A DNA stretch of 64,000 nt from a virus: positions 32,001 to 96,000 of the IMG/VR virus record IMGVR_UViG_3300017925_000001; one strand, given 5' to 3'. Below, piece by piece: positions 1-10,127 of this stretch (the first letter of the stretch is position 1; the number at the start of each line of letters is the position of its first letter). The notes under the pieces were generated by a model that was not told the DNA's origin, did no database searches, and was given only the letters and a program-made list of their open reading frames with translations. The position numbers were made by a program, and so were the translations under genes.

Positions 1-225
1 ATCAAGGAGCAGGAAGACAAAGCTGACATTGCTATGATTGAAGACGCGATGCGTGATGCCTCGGTTGCCTTCAAAGGCCCTGTGTCATACGCAAGGCAAG
101 GTTGCAGAACTCATTTTCTCGACAAAAAAGTCGAGGCAATGACTCGGAATTGGAATCGGATGATTACCAATGCAAAACAATTAGGAAGGGGACTCAGCAG
201 TCATGCGGCTGACCCAACAATTTAG
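1..225 (+). CDS. 3' end of a hypothetical phage protein (continues upstream of window)
   Basis: Frame is open from base 1 to TAG at 225. Confidence 0.6.
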   Translation: MKEQEDKADIAMIEDAMRDASVAFKGPVSYARQGCRTHFLDKKVEAMTRNWNRMITNAKQLGRGLSSHAADPTI

Positions 226-243
226 ACTCAAGGAGACTCAAGA

Positions 244-1134
244 ATGATTAACTCAGTTATTACGAGTACAAGAAATGAGCAGTCGTCTCAAGCGATGGCT
301 GCTGCGAACAATGGTTCTTTCAACTTCAATGCGAATGAATATCTCATGAGCAGGGAACCTCAGTTCATGGTTTATATTCACAGCATTTCGGAGCGTACGT
401 ACGAAGTGTTTCGTCCTCCGTACTTTAAGAAGCTAATTTTAGTAGGTAAGAAGCCGGGTGAAAAGTATATTCGCTGTGCATCTCTACCTCATCCTATGAA
501 TGTTCCAGATTGTAACGTTGACTCAAGTGAGATTGGTATTAAGCAGGTGGATGCCCGCAGAGTTGCTATGGACATTCTCAACCCTGACAACCTAGGCCTG
601 GATCAAGACGCTGTAATTCTTAACCCTACTAGTATTGGGAATAACCTAGGTGAAAAAGGTGTGTTCTGGTCCCTCAACGAAATCCCGACGCACGAGGAGC
701 TTCAGAAGGCGCAGAAGCGCATGGAAGAGTACTATCGTCGTCTGGTAGACAAAGCCAATACCACCCAGGCTGCAGAACCCGGGAAGCTCCCTGATATTCT
801 GACGCCAGAGCATCTTGCTGCCGCTGCCTATCTAGAAGAAAACTTCGGTATGCAGTTCGTGTGGCATACGCGTATGGCGCGCCTTGAAGACTGCGCTATT
901 TGCGGAGAGAAGGCTAAGGCAGGCGTGGCATTTCATCGTACGGACGATGGTGGCGTTTGCGTCCGCGATTGGGCAAGGGCTGTCAAGGCCGGTGCCCGTA
1001 CGCGTGCTCAGGCATTCGAAGCTACCGAGGACCCGCAATGGGCACCCAAAGCACCTGTGCATGAACCAGTTGAAACCCCTAAAGGTGGGCACGTAGCTTC
1101 TACAAAACCTATCCCCACAGAGGATAAGAAGTAG
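244..1134 (+). CDS. Hypothetical phage protein with C-terminal CxxC..H..C zinc-binding-like motif
   Basis: 296-aa ORF, AGGAG RBS; CAIC...H...CVRD. Confidence 0.7.
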   Translation: MINSVITSTRNEQSSQAMAAANNGSFNFNANEYLMSREPQFMVYIHSISERTYEVFRPPYFKKLILVGKKPGEKYIRCASLPHPMNVPDCNVDSSEIGIKQVDARRVAMDILNPDNLGLDQDAVILNPTSIGNNLGEKGVFWSLNEIPTHEELQKAQKRMEEYYRRLVDKANTTQAAEPGKLPDILTPEHLAAAAYLEENFGMQFVWHTRMARLEDCAICGEKAKAGVAFHRTDDGGVCVRDWARAVKAGARTRAQAFEATEDPQWAPKAPVHEPVETPKGGHVASTKPIPTEDKK

Positions 1135-1141
1135 CATAAGT

Positions 1142-1177
1142 CGCAGGTTCTACTCAGAAGAGCCTGCGCAAATTTTT
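1142..1177 (+). terminator. Possible intrinsic terminator
   Basis: CGCAGGTTC/GAGCCTGCG 9-bp stem just after the stop codon, followed by CAAATTTTT. Confidence 0.35.
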
Positions 1178-1313
1178 AAGACCTTATCGACCAAAGGAGC
1201 TTCGTGAATGCGGAGTTCTGAGTCCTCCTAAAGCGTGGGCTTCCGAGGTCGATATGCTTTCTGAAAGCCACCTCTAGGCGGGAAGACTCCCTAGGGGTGG
1301 CTATTCGTGTTTT

Positions 1314-1397
1314 CCCCTAGACTAATTACCTAGGGGCAGCCGTGGGCTCCTTGCTTACCCAAGGGGCCTGCGCAATCTCGGTAAGGAGGAAGTCATG
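1314..1397 (+). promoter_or_regulatory. HEG-leader RNA, copy 1 (divergent): two hairpins plus SD-occluding pseudoknot
   Basis: CCCCTAG/CTAGGGG hairpin; GGGCTCCTTG/CAAGGGGCCT stem; loop CTTACC (1354-59) complementary to GGTAAG (1380-85), which overlaps AAGGAGG. Confidence 0.6.
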
Positions 1398-2009
1398 GGA
1401 AGAGCAGGAAAATACACAGGTCTCATTGGAAAGAGGTTTGGTCTTCTAGAAGTCAGAGTCTTGTCACGTATTGTGCATACAACTCGGTTTGGGAAGCCAA
1501 TAGGATTTACACGATACTACCTTTGTAAATGTGATTGTGGTGGCTCGATAATTGTTAGAGAAACACATCTAACCGAGAAAAGAAAAGCCAACATACAAAA
1601 AAGTTGTGGATGCTTGGTGAAGGAGCTGCACAAGAGTGCTTCGTGGCACACAAAGTCTCGCAAAGAAGGCACAGCTTTTCGTAGATGCTTGGATCAATAC
1701 AAGGCGAATGCAAGGAATCGTGGATTATCTTGGGAGTTGACCGATGATCAGTTCAGAGAGATCACTACATCTCCGTGTCATTATACCGGAGAGGCTCCAT
1801 CCACGGTGAAAAAGTCTAGGTGCGAAGAGTATGTGCATAATGGCATAGATCGCATAGACAATAATAAAGGTTACATAACAGAAAACTGTGTTCCTTGTTG
1901 TGCAATTATCAACCAGATGAAGGCGGATCTCTCATTGAAGAGATTCTTGGAGCTATGCAAAAAAGTTTCAGAGAGGACACAATGTGAGCAGCCCAACAAT
2001 CAACAGTAA
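1395..2009 (+). CDS. Free-standing HNH-type homing endonuclease
   Basis: N-terminal G.RFG.L...CKCDCG...SCGC module; C-terminal CHYTG...NGIDRIDNNKGY..ENCVPCC..IN.MK His-Me-finger-type motif. Confidence 0.85.
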   Translation: MGRAGKYTGLIGKRFGLLEVRVLSRIVHTTRFGKPIGFTRYYLCKCDCGGSIIVRETHLTEKRKANIQKSCGCLVKELHKSASWHTKSRKEGTAFRRCLDQYKANARNRGLSWELTDDQFREITTSPCHYTGEAPSTVKKSRCEEYVHNGIDRIDNNKGYITENCVPCCAIINQMKADLSLKRFLELCKKVSERTQCEQPNNQQ

Positions 2010-2841
2010 TTTATCCAGTAATGGTGACACAAGTCTCCTCAATATTTGTAATTTGGTTAGGGCTTTAATTAACGACAGCCAGGCCGGTGCCCAGGGTATT
2101 CCGGGCGAAGGACAAGTATTCACAGACAACCCTGCTATCTCCCCTTTCGTTCAGCCTTTTTTGAATTCCGCGATACGAAGTTTATATCGTGAACTAAGAA
2201 ACGTTGGGGACCCTGCGCTTGTGTTTGACAACTACATCATCCCGAATATCACACCCATCAACAGTCCGCTGACCGGCCCAGGCAACCCTGATCCGGCACT
2301 GCAAGTCTATATTGGGCAGAGTGGGTACTTTGATGGCACACAGATTTGGCCAGTGATAGCACTGCCCAACAATTTGATGTATCTTGAGCGTGTGTGGGAG
2401 CGCCAGAGCAACACGAACAACACTTTTGTTCCGATGAGTCAGTCGCAGTTTGGTCTTCCCTCTCGGCCTCAACAGCCTTCTTTCATAGAGTGGGAGTGGA
2501 GAAACTATAACCTGAATATGGTGGGCAGCACACAGACCAACGATCTTCGTCTGCGCTTTTGGGGATCTCTACCAACGTTTTATAGCGCTACACTGGACTT
2601 CTCGTCCACGTACGTTCCCATCATAGACTGCACGGACGCATTGGCGTACAAGATTGCAACAATGTATTGTCGTATGCTGGAATCACCCGGTCTGCCTGAT
2701 CTTGTTGCTGAGGCAAAAGAGCAGATGTTCCAACTGAAGAATGCCGTGGTGCGCAGATCTCAGTCCATTGAATATCAACGTATTCCTTACGGAACAAGTG
2801 CCCGCGACACTAACAATAGATTTTTCGCAAACTGGCAGTAA
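1984..2841 (+). CDS. Putative head-to-tail adaptor (P22 gp4/T7 gp11-like)
   Basis: GTG start with GAGG RBS; size, N-terminal helix 'LLNICNLVRALIND' and C-terminal 'DALAYKIA..Y' fit podovirus adaptors; position in the structural arm. Confidence 0.5.
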   Translation: MSSPTINSNLSSNGDTSLLNICNLVRALINDSQAGAQGIPGEGQVFTDNPAISPFVQPFLNSAIRSLYRELRNVGDPALVFDNYIIPNITPINSPLTGPGNPDPALQVYIGQSGYFDGTQIWPVIALPNNLMYLERVWERQSNTNNTFVPMSQSQFGLPSRPQQPSFIEWEWRNYNLNMVGSTQTNDLRLRFWGSLPTFYSATLDFSSTYVPIIDCTDALAYKIATMYCRMLESPGLPDLVAEAKEQMFQLKNAVVRRSQSIEYQRIPYGTSARDTNNRFFANWQ

Positions 2842-2850
2842 GGAGATCAC

Positions 2851-3150
2851 ATGGCTACACTTTTTCGTGCAGATGGTTGGGTGAAGTCGGTTCTGGGACA
2901 AGCAATCGCCGGTGCTCAGATTTTCATATGTGCTCAACCCGCGGATACCGCTTATGTGCCTCCTGTCCCCCTTGCTCAGATCTACTCTGACCCTGCAGGA
3001 TCTTCCCCTATCACCCAGCCTATCATCAGCGATGGCTTCGGGCACTATAATTGGTATGCAGCCGCAGGAGCGTACACAGTTGTAATTGTCACAGGGGGCA
3101 ACGTTCAGGTCGTATATCAAGATCAGGTGCCCATGGGAGCAACCATATAA
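2851..3150 (+). CDS. Small virion protein, paralogue of the N-terminal domain of the next gene
   Basis: R.DGWVK..LG.A..GAQ....QPA...QIYSD..G..PITQP.I.DG.GHY..Y...G.YTV shared with 3150..4394. Confidence 0.7.
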   Translation: MATLFRADGWVKSVLGQAIAGAQIFICAQPADTAYVPPVPLAQIYSDPAGSSPITQPIISDGFGHYNWYAAAGAYTVVIVTGGNVQVVYQDQVPMGATI

Positions 3151-4394
3151 TGAACAATTTTTATCGCTCAGATGGCTGGGTAAAGACTACGCTCGGACCC
3201 GCAGTATCGGGGGCACAAGTCTATGTGTTATCGCAGCCAGCTAATGTTACTCCTCCTGTTACACCTCCGAGATCAACTCCGGTTCCATTCACCCCAAACC
3301 CTCAGGTGCAAATATACTCAGACGCAGGGTTTACCCCAATCACACAACCTGTCATAACAGATGGCTACGGGCACTACGATTTTTACGTACTCCCAGGATT
3401 GTACACAGTGGCCATTTATTATGGAGGGAAGCTGCAGCAATATTACGTTGACCAGTCGATAGGTAATGTGGGCAGCACGCAGGCAACCCCTGTAGTGCTT
3501 TCGACCAATGGAACGCCCAATTTTAATCAGAGCCTTCTGAACCTTGTGCAGGGCCCGTTGATTACGGTTGTTACAGACAACCTTGGGAATTCCGTGATTA
3601 GCGGAGTATTGCCTCCGACTATGACCAACTTGGTTGGGGGCTTGGTTCCAACACCTCCCAATAGTGCCACGGAATATCTAGATGGAACAGGACATTTCAG
3701 CATACCTCCAAGCGGTTCCTCTGTTCTTCTAGAAACTAACGGTATCCACAACGGAAGCCAGTCTCTACTTAACTTGGTGAATGGTGCAGGGGTATCCATC
3801 ACTCAGGACGGAGCAGGAAACGTTACGGTAGCAGCACCTCCCGTGGTTGCCCCTAGGAATATTTGGACAGGCAACGATTTTTCCTCGACATTGACCTATG
3901 CAGCAAACACTGGGCCCGGTGGAACCAATGGGGAAGTGTTTACTTACCCATTCTATCTCTCGATGGCCACAGTTATTGGACACATATCCCAGCAACAGTA
4001 CGGCGGTCCATATGGGGGTGGAGCCCCGACTTACCCAGCAGGGTGCTACACATGCGCGATCTACACTCTTGATGGTACAACCAAACTGGTTGACGCAGGC
4101 CCCGCAGCTTTCAGTGCTCTCTCTAGTGGATTTCAGACTAAAGCTATCACCCCTGTCACGCTTCCAGCAGGAGCATACAGATTCGCGTTTTCTTTCGCAG
4201 ATGCTACTACGCAAGTGGTTTATGGGGTGAGTATATCTGATTCACCTTCTATTTGGAACGTAAACTCAACAGGCGTTCCTTTGGTTGCCTCTTGTAGCGC
4301 TATTATGGGGCCTGGGGGTGCTATGCCCGCAGCACTCGGAGCATTTACCGCAAACACGAACACAGGCTGGCCCAGCTTCTTGCTGGAGCCCTAA
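3150..4394 (+). CDS. Tail fibre/appendage protein
   Basis: True start ATG 3150 overlaps the upstream TAA; anchor domain, two 'L.TNG..N..QSLLNLV.G' repeats and a beta-rich C-terminus. Confidence 0.7.
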   Translation: MNNFYRSDGWVKTTLGPAVSGAQVYVLSQPANVTPPVTPPRSTPVPFTPNPQVQIYSDAGFTPITQPVITDGYGHYDFYVLPGLYTVAIYYGGKLQQYYVDQSIGNVGSTQATPVVLSTNGTPNFNQSLLNLVQGPLITVVTDNLGNSVISGVLPPTMTNLVGGLVPTPPNSATEYLDGTGHFSIPPSGSSVLLETNGIHNGSQSLLNLVNGAGVSITQDGAGNVTVAAPPVVAPRNIWTGNDFSSTLTYAANTGPGGTNGEVFTYPFYLSMATVIGHISQQQYGGPYGGGAPTYPAGCYTCAIYTLDGTTKLVDAGPAAFSALSSGFQTKAITPVTLPAGAYRFAFSFADATTQVVYGVSISDSPSIWNVNSTGVPLVASCSAIMGPGGAMPAALGAFTANTNTGWPSFLLEP

Positions 4395-4416
4395 ACTCTT
4401 CTAAGGAGCTAGTACA

Positions 4417-7400
4417 GTGAATTTTCTCAAACGACTCAAAAAGCTTTTATTGCCCTTTGTCCTGCTTACGGCAACCCTAGGGTTTTCCCAAGCAGTGCAG
4501 GGAAATGGTGTGCAGCCAGGAGAAGCACAGAATAGCGAAGTGTCTCTTGATACGCTAAACATTCATTTGGATATTCCTTTGGTGAACAAGAAGGGCATTG
4601 GGTTGCCAACAGCACTTTCCTTGAGCTACAACAGTAATCTGTGGCTCGGAGGCACTTTAACTCACCCAGGAGCTTTTAGGCCAAGTTCTGCTGTGACTCC
4701 CGGTTGGAATACTCCTGTTATTATTGGAGGTTCTTTGCAGTATGAAGTCTTTGACTGCGGAGTTCCGGTGCCACCTCCTGGGCAAGGCAATTATAAGGGA
4801 TACAAGTACACAACCTACACAGACGTGTCTGGTGCGGTGCATCCTTTTACAGAACCCGGAGGGGTACTTTCTCCTGCCGAAGGACTGTGCGCATTGTCTT
4901 CAACAGTAGTGTCAGTAGACGGCAGCGGATTCACGTATAATTTAACCACTCCAGGTCTCAATACGAGCACCGTAGTTGACCCTTCGGGAACAGTACTACA
5001 CCCGATAGGTATCACAACAGACTTAAGTAGCAGCATTGTGGATGTGAATGGAAACGCTGTGTCGTACAGTAGCTCTACTGGGGTGCTTACAGACACTTTT
5101 GGAGTAGCCGAAGTCACAGTTACAGGAACTCCTGCTTCTGGAACGGTTACATATACGTATCCTATATCAACAGGAACAGCAAGCGTTAATGTGCTGTATA
5201 CAGGGTACCGATTAGGAACTTATTTTCAATGTGGAGCGAACGCTCCCGATTGGAGCAGTGACCAGACTTTCTACTTGCCTACTAAGGTGAATCTGCCTGA
5301 TGGGTCTAACTACGCCATGACATATGAGAGTCAAGTGTCAGGTACGGTAACAGGACGACTGGCTTCTATAGTATATCCTAATGGGGCAGCAGTTTCTTAC
5401 GCATATTCAGGACCGAACAATGGAGTAAACTGCGGTGATGGATCAACTGCTGGTTTGACAAAAATTGTCTCGGGGGATGCGACATACTCGTTTACAAGAA
5501 ACACATCTACTTGGCTCACTACTACTGAGATTGATGCTGTAGGGATTGCTAACAACACTGCTGTATATACCTTTGTACAACAGCCAGTTGTTATTACCTT
5601 CGGTTCTTTTTTCATGACAAAGGAAGTAGAGAATCAAGGCTCTAGCACGCCTTTGGTTACCAAGACATATTGCTATCAAGGAACAAGTTGTCCGCAAGCT
5701 TCTGTGGCCCCTAGTTTTCCCATCACTCAAACTGATGTGTATACTACGTTAGCCGGGATGTCCACATCTTCTAGGGTATCCAAAACATTCGACGCATATC
5801 AGAATGTGACCAAAACTGCCTTGTATGACTTCGGGGCTTCTACTCCTACCCGTCAAACGGTGTCTGGACCTTTTGGGTATACCTGGAATGGCAATACTTC
5901 TTCCCCTACTTGCACCACTGCAATAGGCAGTGGGGTCAACGACGTTCCATGCCAAGTACAACTTGAGAATGGAGCTGGAAGCCAGCTTAGAAATGCTTAT
6001 TTCAAATATGACACATCTTCGAACCCTGGCAGTTTGTTAGAATCTGCAGTTCTTACAGGCGGATCTTCTTATTTGATCAGCGCTTATACCTACAACACGA
6101 ATGGTGTACCGTCTACAGTAACAGACGCAGCTGGAAACATTACTAATTTTGCATACAGTTCTAGTGTTTGTAAAAGTGGCAGACCAACATCAATAACAGT
6201 ATGGCCCGTGGCAGGAACTACATCCCTTGTCACTTCATTTCTTTATGATTCTGGGTGCAAAGGGGCTGTAACAACAAAGATTACGGACCCAAATTCAAAA
6301 CCTGTCACCTTGGGATACTCTGACCCATTTTGGAGGCTAACTACCTACACAGACGAGCTGGGGAATACAACAAACAATGCATATCCAATGCAGTCTCCGT
6401 ACACAAGCATAGAAACTACTCTAAATTTTTCTTCCTCAACTGTGGATGTGTATCAGCAATCGTACCCAAATTTAGGGAAAGCTTTAGCACAACAGTTGGA
6501 GTCTCCGACATCTTCTAATTGGGACACTGTTTTATCTGCTTACACATGGAATAGCACTGGTATTTTCAACTCTTCTTCGTTGCCTGTTGTAGGTACGAAA
6601 ACTACTGTTCCTACAAACGTTGTTAATACAACTGTAACCCATGATGCCTTAGGTCGTACATTGGTTACAACGGACGGTGGAGGAGGTACAGTTACCACTG
6701 CGTATACTGGACAGGATGTTTTAAACACCCTGGGTCCGGCACCGGCAGGGGAAGTAGTGAAGCAGGTACAGAAGGAGTATGATGGTCTTGGGCAATTGCT
6801 TTCTACTTGCGAAATATCCAATTCTTCTCAGCCTTTGGCTAGTGCCAAAAACTGTGGACAAGTAAATGGCGGGTATACTGGGTATTTAACCAAATATACA
6901 TACAATGCCGAAGGTACCTTGGCATCAGTGGCTAAGTCATCTAGCGCTGCTACGCAGACACATTCATATACGTATGATAAACTTGGCAGAGTTTTAACTG
7001 AGACACTTCCAGAGAGTGGTACTGTTACCAACACTTATGACGGTACTTGTACAGTCCCTACCAGCGGGTGTGGTCAACTTGTTAGCTCCATAGACGCCAA
7101 CGGCAACACCTCTAGTTATGTCTATGATGGGTTAAATAGGGTAACATCCATTACATACAGCGGACCAAACGCAGACGGCTATAATCAATATTTTGTGTAC
7201 GACAAAGCTGTGGTTGATGGCACAGCAATGGTCAATGCAAAAGGAAGGCTGGCCGAAGCGTACACAGCAACTACAGCTACAGCCAGTAAATATGTGGACG
7301 AAGGTTTTGGGTACACAGCTCGTGGGGAAAGCTCAGACGTGTACGAACTCACACCAAATTTGGGTGGGTACAAGCATACTAAGACTTCCTATTATGCCAA

Positions 7401-9285
7401 CGGTGTGCTTAATTCTATCAGCGGCATACCTGGGGGACCTTGGACTTACAGTGTTGACGGCAAAGGCCGCTTATCTGATTCTACTAACGGTTCCTCTACA
7501 ATACTGACAGCAGGAATAACATACAACGCTGCAGACCAACCTCTAGTTGTTACCTATGGTTCTGGGGATTATGATACTTACACCTATGATCCTCTAACCA
7601 CTCGCATGACTGGGTATGCTTTTACTATAGGGTCTACTCCAGCAACTGATTCTGGAACTTTGATATGGAATGCTAATGGAACCCTTAGGTCGTTAAGTAT
7701 AGCAGATGGGGTGAACAGTGGGGGTTCTCAAACGTGCGCCTATGGAGGAGCTACAGCGCCCGGATATGATTCTATAGGCAGACTTTTATCTGTATCATGT
7801 GGTTATGGTGCTCCTGGCTCTAAGACTCTGACCTATTTGTGGGGTCAAAGTTTCAGTTATGACGTTTTTAACAATCTCACCAAGACGGTACCTGCTGCCC
7901 CTTCTGGGTCGTATGTGTATACGCCCACGACTTGGAACCCGGGGTACAGCTCTAGCACCAATAGGCCGAACGGTACTACATCTGATGCCAATGGTAATTT
8001 GTTGACAGACACCTTTCACACCTACACTTGGAACCAGAATAACAAGATAACAGGCGTGACAGACGCTGGTATATCCGTCAAATATGATGCTTTTGGAAAT
8101 GCAGTAGAGTACTATAATGGTACAACGTATACACAGCCCATTTTAAGTCCTATGGGAAACCTTGGTTTGTGGAGCAAAACTGCTCTGAGCAAGTATAGAG
8201 TTCCACTCCCAGGAGGATCAGAACTAGTTTCTGGCACTGATATATGGCATAGGGACTGGTTGGGGTCGGTGCGTCTTGCATCTAGTCTTACCGGAAGAAA
8301 TTCCGTTAAGGATACAGCGTTTGCTCCTTATGGAGAAACTTACGCCACCTTTGGAAGCGCTACAGATGATATAAACTTCACAGGGGATAATCAGGATTTG
8401 GTGGCAGGAATATTTGATACACCTAACAGAGAGTTGAATCCTGATCAAGGTCGTTGGCTTTCACCAGACCCTTCCAGTTCTGGTTGGAATGCGTACGCGT
8501 ATAGTGATAATCCTTTAGGAGAAGTTGATCCAACTGGTCTGAGTATTCTTGATTGGCTCTTTGGTTCAAAAAACTGTTCCTCATCGACAGGTAAAAGCTG
8601 TAGGTGGAATAACGCCTGGAATGGGGATAATCTCCAATATGCAGGTGCGGGAATATGGCTTGCTCCCGGTAGTGGTACTGTGGGAATTAACTGCGGAGTT
8701 ATCACCGGGTGTGGTCATGGCCTTCATCAAATTACTATAAAGTGGTCAGAGACAAATGGGGGTGCTGGAGACAGTTGGGATAGAAGCTTTATTTCTGAAT
8801 CTGTGGGTGAATTTGAGTGGGATTTGGTTCGTGAAGGGATTTTTTTAGGTGCCGCTAGAGGCACTCCCAGCGGTGATGGAGGTTTAGTAAATGGATCAGT
8901 AGCAATGGCAAGGAACTGGCTTAAACAGCCCACAAAATATGGCACTGTTGCAACCGACATAAACGGTAATCATTGGATTCAATTGGCTATAGAAGATATA
9001 GAAAAAGGAAACCAGTGGGCTCTTGAAAGTCAGATGGTAGTAGACGCTTGGGTTAATGGTAACAAAAACCCAGGTTATTACATTGTGAAACTCACATCTG
9101 AAAACTACATGAATAGGTTGGATGCCTTAGATGCAGAGTATAACCTAAACAAATTTGGGAGAGGTATGCTTGAGGCGGCTCACGCTTTTCCAACTACCCC
9201 AAGACTGAGTATGTATGGAAATATGCCAAAAGATCTAAGGCCAAATATGGAAGACATGTTCAAATACAAGAGAGAGGGGGATTAA
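4417..9285 (+). CDS. RHS/YD-repeat polymorphic toxin with N-terminal Sec signal peptide
   Basis: Many YD repeats (YDKLGRV, YDGLNRV, YDSIGRL); core H.DWLGSVR, PYGE, FTG, GRWLSPDP...NP...DPTG; ~247-aa C-terminal extension; signal peptide MNFLKRLKKLLLPFVLLTATLGFSQA. Confidence 0.92.
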   Translation: MNFLKRLKKLLLPFVLLTATLGFSQAVQGNGVQPGEAQNSEVSLDTLNIHLDIPLVNKKGIGLPTALSLSYNSNLWLGGTLTHPGAFRPSSAVTPGWNTPVIIGGSLQYEVFDCGVPVPPPGQGNYKGYKYTTYTDVSGAVHPFTEPGGVLSPAEGLCALSSTVVSVDGSGFTYNLTTPGLNTSTVVDPSGTVLHPIGITTDLSSSIVDVNGNAVSYSSSTGVLTDTFGVAEVTVTGTPASGTVTYTYPISTGTASVNVLYTGYRLGTYFQCGANAPDWSSDQTFYLPTKVNLPDGSNYAMTYESQVSGTVTGRLASIVYPNGAAVSYAYSGPNNGVNCGDGSTAGLTKIVSGDATYSFTRNTSTWLTTTEIDAVGIANNTAVYTFVQQPVVITFGSFFMTKEVENQGSSTPLVTKTYCYQGTSCPQASVAPSFPITQTDVYTTLAGMSTSSRVSKTFDAYQNVTKTALYDFGASTPTRQTVSGPFGYTWNGNTSSPTCTTAIGSGVNDVPCQVQLENGAGSQLRNAYFKYDTSSNPGSLLESAVLTGGSSYLISAYTYNTNGVPSTVTDAAGNITNFAYSSSVCKSGRPTSITVWPVAGTTSLVTSFLYDSGCKGAVTTKITDPNSKPVTLGYSDPFWRLTTYTDELGNTTNNAYPMQSPYTSIETTLNFSSSTVDVYQQSYPNLGKALAQQLESPTSSNWDTVLSAYTWNSTGIFNSSSLPVVGTKTTVPTNVVNTTVTHDALGRTLVTTDGGGGTVTTAYTGQDVLNTLGPAPAGEVVKQVQKEYDGLGQLLSTCEISNSSQPLASAKNCGQVNGGYTGYLTKYTYNAEGTLASVAKSSSAATQTHSYTYDKLGRVLTETLPESGTVTNTYDGTCTVPTSGCGQLVSSIDANGNTSSYVYDGLNRVTSITYSGPNADGYNQYFVYDKAVVDGTAMVNAKGRLAEAYTATTATASKYVDEGFGYTARGESSDVYELTPNLGGYKHTKTSYYANGVLNSISGIPGGPWTYSVDGKGRLSDSTNGSSTILTAGITYNAADQPLVVTYGSGDYDTYTYDPLTTRMTGYAFTIGSTPATDSGTLIWNANGTLRSLSIADGVNSGGSQTCAYGGATAPGYDSIGRLLSVSCGYGAPGSKTLTYLWGQSFSYDVFNNLTKTVPAAPSGSYVYTPTTWNPGYSSSTNRPNGTTSDANGNLLTDTFHTYTWNQNNKITGVTDAGISVKYDAFGNAVEYYNGTTYTQPILSPMGNLGLWSKTALSKYRVPLPGGSELVSGTDIWHRDWLGSVRLASSLTGRNSVKDTAFAPYGETYATFGSATDDINFTGDNQDLVAGIFDTPNRELNPDQGRWLSPDPSSSGWNAYAYSDNPLGEVDPTGLSILDWLFGSKNCSSSTGKSCRWNNAWNGDNLQYAGAGIWLAPGSGTVGINCGVITGCGHGLHQITIKWSETNGGAGDSWDRSFISESVGEFEWDLVREGIFLGAARGTPSGDGGLVNGSVAMARNWLKQPTKYGTVATDINGNHWIQLAIEDIEKGNQWALESQMVVDAWVNGNKNPGYYIVKLTSENYMNRLDALDAEYNLNKFGRGMLEAAHAFPTTPRLSMYGNMPKDLRPNMEDMFKYKREGD

Positions 9286-9293
9286 TAACAAAT

Positions 9294-9530
9294 ATGTCCT
9301 TTACACAGAAGTTCGACAGTTTTTGCAGCGGTTTCAAGGACTACCATGTTCCTTCCTACCTCTTCATGTTCTCGACTGGAGCCATTCTACAATGGCTCCA
9401 TCATCTTGATCCTACTTTCGTGACCTTTACCGCAGCTATTCTGGCAGCTATTACAGGGCACCAGTTTAGTCCTGCCGCAAAAGATCAAAACGATAACAAT
9501 CCTACACCACCTACTCAACCTACCGCATAG
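9294..9530 (+). CDS. Small two-TM membrane protein (holin-like?)
   Basis: 78 aa with two hydrophobic segments and a hydrophilic tail. Confidence 0.55.
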   Translation: MSFTQKFDSFCSGFKDYHVPSYLFMFSTGAILQWLHHLDPTFVTFTAAILAAITGHQFSPAAKDQNDNNPTPPTQPTA

Positions 9531-9539
9531 AGGACGACG

Positions 9540-10118
9540 ATGCCAATTACATATTTGTATCCTGAGAACCCTGTCAGTCCAAACTGTGGGTTTGCCTTGT
9601 GGGCCATGGCAGTCAACATGGCCAACAATTTTCTAAAAATTGACACCATCCTTGGCGGTGATGCAATCGCGCAGTCGTTTAATGGGCGTACGGGAGACGT
9701 TTTCCCAGATACCAACGACTACAGCTTCAACCAAATATCTGGTACGTTGGGTTTGGGACAGATACCTGCAGATGGTACTGATCAGACTTTTCTTCGAGGC
9801 GATGGCAGCTGGTCTGTTCCCTTGCGTATGACAACTACGCAAGCCGGGGATTATCAGCCTCTCAACACGGATGAAACTATTTTCTGCAACGGTTCTGGAC
9901 CCCAAACCATAACTCTTTTGACTGACGATACAATTTATGTAGGCAAAAGGTATTATGTAAAACTCATCGGAACCGGCTCGGCTACAGTCTTGACTTCCAG
10001 CACAGAGATGAGCGGTTCCATACCACTGACTACAGCTCCTGGTGCGTCTACTGTGGGCGGGCATCTCAATATACAGTGGGATGGCTACAATTGGTGGCTG
10101 TTGAGCTACACTGCCTAG
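9540..10118 (+). CDS. Fibre/appendage protein, TPNL-anchor family member 1
   Basis: N-terminal ENPVSPNCGFALW...NNFLKID; fibre motifs SFNGRTG, FLRGDGSW, WDG.NW. Confidence 0.7.
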   Translation: MPITYLYPENPVSPNCGFALWAMAVNMANNFLKIDTILGGDAIAQSFNGRTGDVFPDTNDYSFNQISGTLGLGQIPADGTDQTFLRGDGSWSVPLRMTTTQAGDYQPLNTDETIFCNGSGPQTITLLTDDTIYVGKRYYVKLIGTGSATVLTSSTEMSGSIPLTTAPGASTVGGHLNIQWDGYNWWLLSYTA

Positions 10119-10127
10119 GAGTATGCT

